NCBI GenBank assembly: GCA_019423835.1
Contig: JAHZAR010000004.1
Span: forward strand, 813-64,812
From: Clostridiales bacterium
GTDB taxonomy: Bacteria; Bacillota; Clostridia; Lachnospirales; Lachnospiraceae
Direction of reading: 5' to 3'
Length of the DNA: 64,000 bases
The notes beneath the pieces are model-generated. The model worked only from the letters and a program-made list of their open reading frames with translations, ran no database searches and was not told the origin of the DNA. The translations under genes and the position numbers were made by a program. Numbering within the stretch: the first letter of the stretch is position 1; every line of letters starts with the position of its first letter. Shown here piece after piece: positions 59,821 to 64,000 of this stretch.

Positions 59821-60807
59821 ATGAATCTGAAAAGTATCGAATATTTTCTGTGCGCAGTGGAGGAGATGAATATCACGCGGGCGGCCGATCGCCTGTTTAT
59901 CAGCCAGCAGGCTTTGAGCAGCCACATCAAGCGGCTGGAGGAGGAGTACGGCGTCTGTCTGTTTGAAAGGCGTCCCTCCTTCCACCTGACGCTGGAGGGG
60001 GAGCAGATGGCTTTTTACGGACGGCAGATCCTGGAGGCGGAGGCAAAAATGAAGGCAGCCTTCTCTGATATCAGCGAAAACTGCCGCGCTACTCTGAACG
60101 TGGGAATCTCCCGGCTGAGAGGAGGCGTGTTCTTTCCTCTTATCTGGAAATTCTACCACCCGGAACACCCGAATATCTCCATTGAACTGACCGACGGCAA
60201 CAGCGCCAGACTCGACGAACTTCTCCAGACGGGAAAACTGGATCTGTATATCGGCATCGACACCCCTCAGAGCCCAAACTTAAACCGCATTGAGCTTGCC
60301 AGGGAAAAGGTGCAGTGCTGCTTTTCCATCTCCCTCTTAAAGAGCTTCTATCCAGATTCCTGGGAGGAAATCCTTATGGATTTTTCCGCTGAAAACGGGG
60401 CGGATCTGGAGCGGATCTCAAGGCTCCCTTTTATCACGCTTCGTCCGGGCAACCGGCTGAGAAAGGGGATTGATCAGTTTTTCTCCCGCCTTTTTAAACC
60501 GCAGTTTGCCCTGGAATGCGATGAGCAGAGCCTGGTCTACGAGATGGCAAAAAGCGGGGCCGGCGCCGGCCTCCTCTCCCCTGTGGTATTCTACGAACAC
60601 CGGTACGGATCAGACGACGGAAATCCTGATTTCCATGTATTCCCCATTGTAAATAAGATCCCGGAAAACATCCTCTATCTGGTTTACCGGAAGGACTATC
60701 CGCTTCCCCAGTATGCCATGGATTTCATCCAGGACGCCTCCATGGTATTCCGAAGCTACTCCAGGACCATCGCAAAGCACTATTCCATCAAAAAAGAAAA
60801 GCAGTAG
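59821..60807 (+). CDS. LysR-family transcriptional regulator
   Basis: NITRAADRLFISQQALSSHIKRLEEE; divergent from the aldolase. Confidence 0.93.
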   Translation: MNLKSIEYFLCAVEEMNITRAADRLFISQQALSSHIKRLEEEYGVCLFERRPSFHLTLEGEQMAFYGRQILEAEAKMKAAFSDISENCRATLNVGISRLRGGVFFPLIWKFYHPEHPNISIELTDGNSARLDELLQTGKLDLYIGIDTPQSPNLNRIELAREKVQCCFSISLLKSFYPDSWEEILMDFSAENGADLERISRLPFITLRPGNRLRKGIDQFFSRLFKPQFALECDEQSLVYEMAKSGAGAGLLSPVVFYEHRYGSDDGNPDFHVFPIVNKIPENILYLVYRKDYPLPQYAMDFIQDASMVFRSYSRTIAKHYSIKKEKQ

Positions 60808-60831
60808 GAATCTCCCGTTTTTTTCAACAAA

Positions 60832-60898
60832 AAAAGGCAGAGTGGAGAGAAGCCGTCCGCCGTTTTTATGTAATCGGCTCTCTCCATTCTGCCTTTTA
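60832..60898. terminator. Long inverted repeat / bidirectional terminator
   Basis: AAAAGGCAGAGTGGAGAG...CTCTCCATTCTGCCTTTT between convergent genes. Confidence 0.75.
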
Positions 60899-60921
60899 TC
60901 TTTTTCTTCCTGTCTTCTGTC

Positions 60922-61146
60922 TTAGTCGCCGGATTTCCAGTGGAACACATAGCTCATCAGGAATGCGGCGATGGCTGCCAGAGAACACATAATGCAGACC
61001 GGCGCCTCAAGATAATCCTGAGCCCACAGCGCAAGGCTTCCATTGACAGTCACAACTGCCGCCGTCTGTACCACGATATAGCACACGCCCAGAACGACCG
61101 CCGCTGCAATGCAGAGGACAAATATAACATTCAGCAGTTTTTTCAT
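60922..61146 (-). CDS. Small two-TM membrane protein
   Basis: 74 aa, GGAGG RBS at the end of the dctM-like gene; similar in pattern to 62813-63043. Confidence 0.75.
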   Translation of the reverse strand: MKKLLNVIFVLCIAAAVVLGVCYIVVQTAAVVTVNGSLALWAQDYLEAPVCIMCSLAAIAAFLMSYVFHWKSGD

Positions 61147-61151
61147 CTCTA

Positions 61152-62516
61152 TCACCCTCCTATCAGCGGAAGAATTCCCAATCCCACCAGCACTCCTACC
61201 AGCACAATCGGAATACAGTAGTGGAAAATCAGAGGCTTAAACATTACGCTCACATCCTCAACTCCGGCAATACTGCTGGACACGAAGATCGGGGAGGACA
61301 TAGGCGGGGAAGCTCCCTCTGTGGAAGCAAAAATTAGGTAGCAGACTACTGCAGTTACCGGCGATACTCCTACGGCAACCATGGCTGAATACGCTACCGG
61401 CCCGATGCTCACAGTAGTGGAAGTCGCGTTGAGCGGTCCTGCCACCAGGGCAATGATAAAGCCGATAATCAGAAGCATAACCACTTTCGGGAAAGTGAGA
61501 GATGCCAGGATGACAGTCAGCTCATCTCCAAATCCCGTCTCTGTGAGGGCATTGCTGCCGGCCATGGCGAACAGGGAAACAGCTCCGCAGGAACAGCATG
61601 TCTTTGCGGAAGAGCTGACCAGTTCAAACCATCCTTCCTTTGTCTTCGGGAGGAACCTGCGTCCCTCAATCATGCAGATTGCCATAATAAGAACCGGAAC
61701 CCAGATGATAATGTTCATCGCTCCGACTGCATCCTCTCCGAAGGAAGCAACCGTCTCCAGAACTTTTCCGACCGGCCCTGTGATAATTACAAGAGGAATA
61801 GCGATTCCCAGGAACATGAAGAGGGAAGATCCTCCCTTTTTCACAGCCTTTCCCAGGCTCTCGATACGATCCTTCGGCACTGCCGGAATGTGGTACTTGG
61901 AAACATAATACCTGGTCAGAAGCAGACGGTAAACCAGAGTCCACAGTCCGCCGCACAGCAGAGCGAAGTAAAGATCTCCGGCTTTCACCGTTCCGGCCAC
62001 TGCCGGAAGTCCCAGCATCAGGAACATGGATGAGGACGGCGGGATGCAGATTCCGAGTCCTGCGTTTCCTGTGTTCATTGTGGAGGCCACTTCTTTGGGC
62101 CATCCGGACTCCTTCATCCATGGGATGGTAATGGAGCCTACCGTTGCGGCGTTGGCGCTGCTGGCGCCGGAAACCATGCCGAACAGGGCGCTGGCGCAGG
62201 CTGACACGTAAGCCGGGCCTCCTCTGAATCTTCCCAAAATAGAGTTTAAAATATCCACCAGTCTGTGGATGATTCCTGTCTTCATCATGATGGATGACAT
62301 AAAAGTAAACAGAATAATCGCTGCCATGACATCCTGTGTAACTGCATCCTTCAGGCTCGTCACAAAAGTCTGCGGTACGGTTCCGACTCCGTTAAAGGCA
62401 CAGACAATCACCAGACCTATCAGCATAGCTTCCGCTATGCTTCTCTTTAAAAGCAGGTACCAGATCATGACAAATATGATATACACCAGAAAAGCTGTAA
62501 TTCCGATTCCTATCAC
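61152..62516 (-). CDS. DctM-like (TRAP large permease / IT superfamily) transporter
   Basis: FGMVSGASSANAATVG, IPPSS, EGASPP; GTG 62516 after GGGAGG. Confidence 0.82.
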   Translation of the reverse strand: MIGIGITAFLVYIIFVMIWYLLLKRSIAEAMLIGLVIVCAFNGVGTVPQTFVTSLKDAVTQDVMAAIILFTFMSSIMMKTGIIHRLVDILNSILGRFRGGPAYVSACASALFGMVSGASSANAATVGSITIPWMKESGWPKEVASTMNTGNAGLGICIPPSSSMFLMLGLPAVAGTVKAGDLYFALLCGGLWTLVYRLLLTRYYVSKYHIPAVPKDRIESLGKAVKKGGSSLFMFLGIAIPLVIITGPVGKVLETVASFGEDAVGAMNIIIWVPVLIMAICMIEGRRFLPKTKEGWFELVSSSAKTCCSCGAVSLFAMAGSNALTETGFGDELTVILASLTFPKVVMLLIIGFIIALVAGPLNATSTTVSIGPVAYSAMVAVGVSPVTAVVCYLIFASTEGASPPMSSPIFVSSSIAGVEDVSVMFKPLIFHYCIPIVLVGVLVGLGILPLIGG

Positions 62517-62725
62517 GTTTTTTATCCCTCCCCTTTTGTATTTTTTCCAAATGCTCTGTTCTTTGGACAGCTTAATCATATCATTGTGCTATCCCAATAT
62601 CCAACAGTATATTTTTCAGTTTTTCACAATGTTTATGTTGTGTTTTATCCCATTTCTCTGCAAGGTGGGAGGGAAGATTTCATCTCTTTGCGTTTCTGTA
62701 CACCGGCATGCCTGCGATACTGCAA

Positions 62726-62761
62726 AGAGGGCTCCGAGCCTTTTACGGCTCGGAGCCCTCT
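62726..62761 (-). terminator. Terminator-like hairpin between the two transporter modules
   Basis: AGAGGGCTCCGAGCC/GGCTCGGAGCCCTCT. Confidence 0.75.
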
Positions 62762-62812
62762 TAGTCTAAGATAATAACATAAAAATATCTGCTGTTTATA
62801 CCCTTTCGTGCA

Positions 62813-63043
62813 TTAATCCTCTGACTCTTTCTTCTCCCTGAAGACATAGTGGTACAGAAAACACAGCAGCCCGCTCACGGATGCTGCCGGAAAGATTACG
62901 CCGGTCACCCTCTCGAAAGCAATCATCATCTCAGGCTGCCCCAATACCAGGCAGAGGAACTGGCCAGCCACATAGATGCAGCCTCCCAGGAAAAAAATTA
63001 AAAATCCAATTAAAATAAGGTTCTGATACAGCTTCTTCATCAT
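62813..63043 (-). CDS. Small two-TM membrane protein
   Basis: 76 aa, AAGGAGG RBS right after the dctM-like stop. Confidence 0.75.
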   Translation of the reverse strand: MMKKLYQNLILIGFLIFFLGGCIYVAGQFLCLVLGQPEMMIAFERVTGVIFPAASVSGLLCFLYHYVFREKKESED

Positions 63044-63058
63044 TTTCCATCAACCTCC

Positions 63059-64000
63059 TTAATGTGGTACCGGCAGGATTCCGAGACATACCAGCGCAGC
63101 AATGGCTGTAATTGGAATGACAAACCATGTGATAAGCGGCATAAATATCTTCGGCGGATCACATTCCGTCAGCCCACAGGCCACAAACAGAGCACCTGAC
63201 GCAGGCGGTGATGCCCCTTCTGTAGAAGCCACTACCAGAATTGCCGTTGCGGCCGCCAGAGGATTGATTCCCACAGATACAAGAATTGCATGGGAGATCA
63301 CACCTATGGAGGTGAGCGTCGCTGTGGAGGAGAGCGGACCCGCTACCACGGCAATCAAAATCAGGATAATGACAACCGTTGCAATTTTAGACAGGCTCAG
63401 TGTATTGAGAAGAGCCACAATATCATCGGAGAGACCCAGATTGCTGATAATGTTGCTGGCAGCAAATACAAACAGCAGAAGTCCTCCTGTGCTGGAAAAG
63501 TGCGGAATCAGTTCCTCCACAAACTGCGTTCTGGAGTGGAATTTCTTTTTGATGTCCTTCCAGCCAAGTCCCAGGATCACCACAATCATAAGGATCGGAA
63601 TCCACACGAGAATGTTAACACTCTCAATAGCCGCAGCCCACACCTCTGAGCGTCCTGAGATGAACTCGGAGAGAGGTCCCATGTTGAGCGCTACCGGAAT
63701 AATAGCTCCCAGAAATAAAAGCAGATTCTTTCCTGAGCTTCTGAGCACAGACCCCCAGCTTTCGTTGGAAGCGGATTCCGGCAGCACAATTCCGTTTTTC
63801 CTGATCACATAGTGAATATAGAGTACTCTCCAGATTACCTGGTAAATTCCCGTGATAAACAGGGCAATGTAAAGCTGTCCCTCAGAAACAGCGCCTGCCA
63901 CTGTAGGAAATGCCAGAACAATGAACAGGGATGAACTGGGCGGAAAGCCTGCTCCGAGTCCTCCGTTGGCTGCAATCAGCGTGGCTGCCTGCTCTTTTTT
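63059..64000 (-). CDS. Second DctM-like transporter, 5' part outside the window
   Basis: NGGLGAGFPPSS, NILVWIP, VAGPLS and STEGASPP motifs shared with 61152-62516. Confidence 0.8.
   Translation of the reverse strand, partial: KKEQAATLIAANGGLGAGFPPSSSLFIVLAFPTVAGAVSEGQLYIALFITGIYQVIWRVLYIHYVIRKNGIVLPESASNESWGSVLRSSGKNLLLFLGAIIPVALNMGPLSEFISGRSEVWAAAIESVNILVWIPILMIVVILGLGWKDIKKKFHSRTQFVEELIPHFSSTGGLLLFVFAASNIISNLGLSDDIVALLNTLSLSKIATVVIILILIAVVAGPLSSTATLTSIGVISHAILVSVGINPLAAATAILVVASTEGASPPASGALFVACGLTECDPPKIFMPLITWFVIPITAIAALVCLGILPVPH

Noticed and set aside
1..64000. CRISPR array, IS element, rRNA
   Set aside because: No regularly spaced repeats, transposase or integrase motifs, or rRNA-like sequence seen by eye

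Overview
A 64-kb chromosomal segment from a spore-forming Clostridia bacterium. Gene order and protein families point to Lachnospiraceae (inference). Almost all genes are on the minus strand. Bases 1-43 kb are largely core genome: cvpA/HAD, a TPR protein with recR-ebfC-dnaX, pfkA, SRP RNA, tadA, nrdG-like, tRNA-Tyr and tRNA-Leu, a GH13, ftsH-hpt-tilS-spoIIE-divIC-yabQPO-hup-mazG-spoVT, nhaC, spoVG-glgDC, asnS, a yhaO/yhaN-like pair, prs, dnaC/dnaD-like loaders, murC, and queT with a preQ1 riboswitch. Bases 43-64 kb are accessory metabolism: a collapsed pseudogene cluster, DUF368, a HAD/ABC/nucleoside-hydrolase/epimerase operon with an orphan AraC-type response regulator, a trehalose PTS locus whose treC has an early amber stop, an aldolase/dehydrogenase/LysR unit, and two DctM-plus-small-protein modules. 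I saw no CRISPR array, transposase or integrase. The best leads are: (1) an apparent stand-alone ~95-nt small RNA with four C-rich anti-Shine-Dalgarno motifs downstream of ftsH; (2) a design repeated at four sporulation-type promoters, in which an anti-SD arm fills the -35/-10 spacer so read-through mRNA would be translationally locked; (3) a dense DnaA-box cluster with Spo0A boxes upstream of dnaD-dnaC; (4) uncharacterised catabolic and transport modules. All family assignments come from motif recognition by eye; no database search was run.
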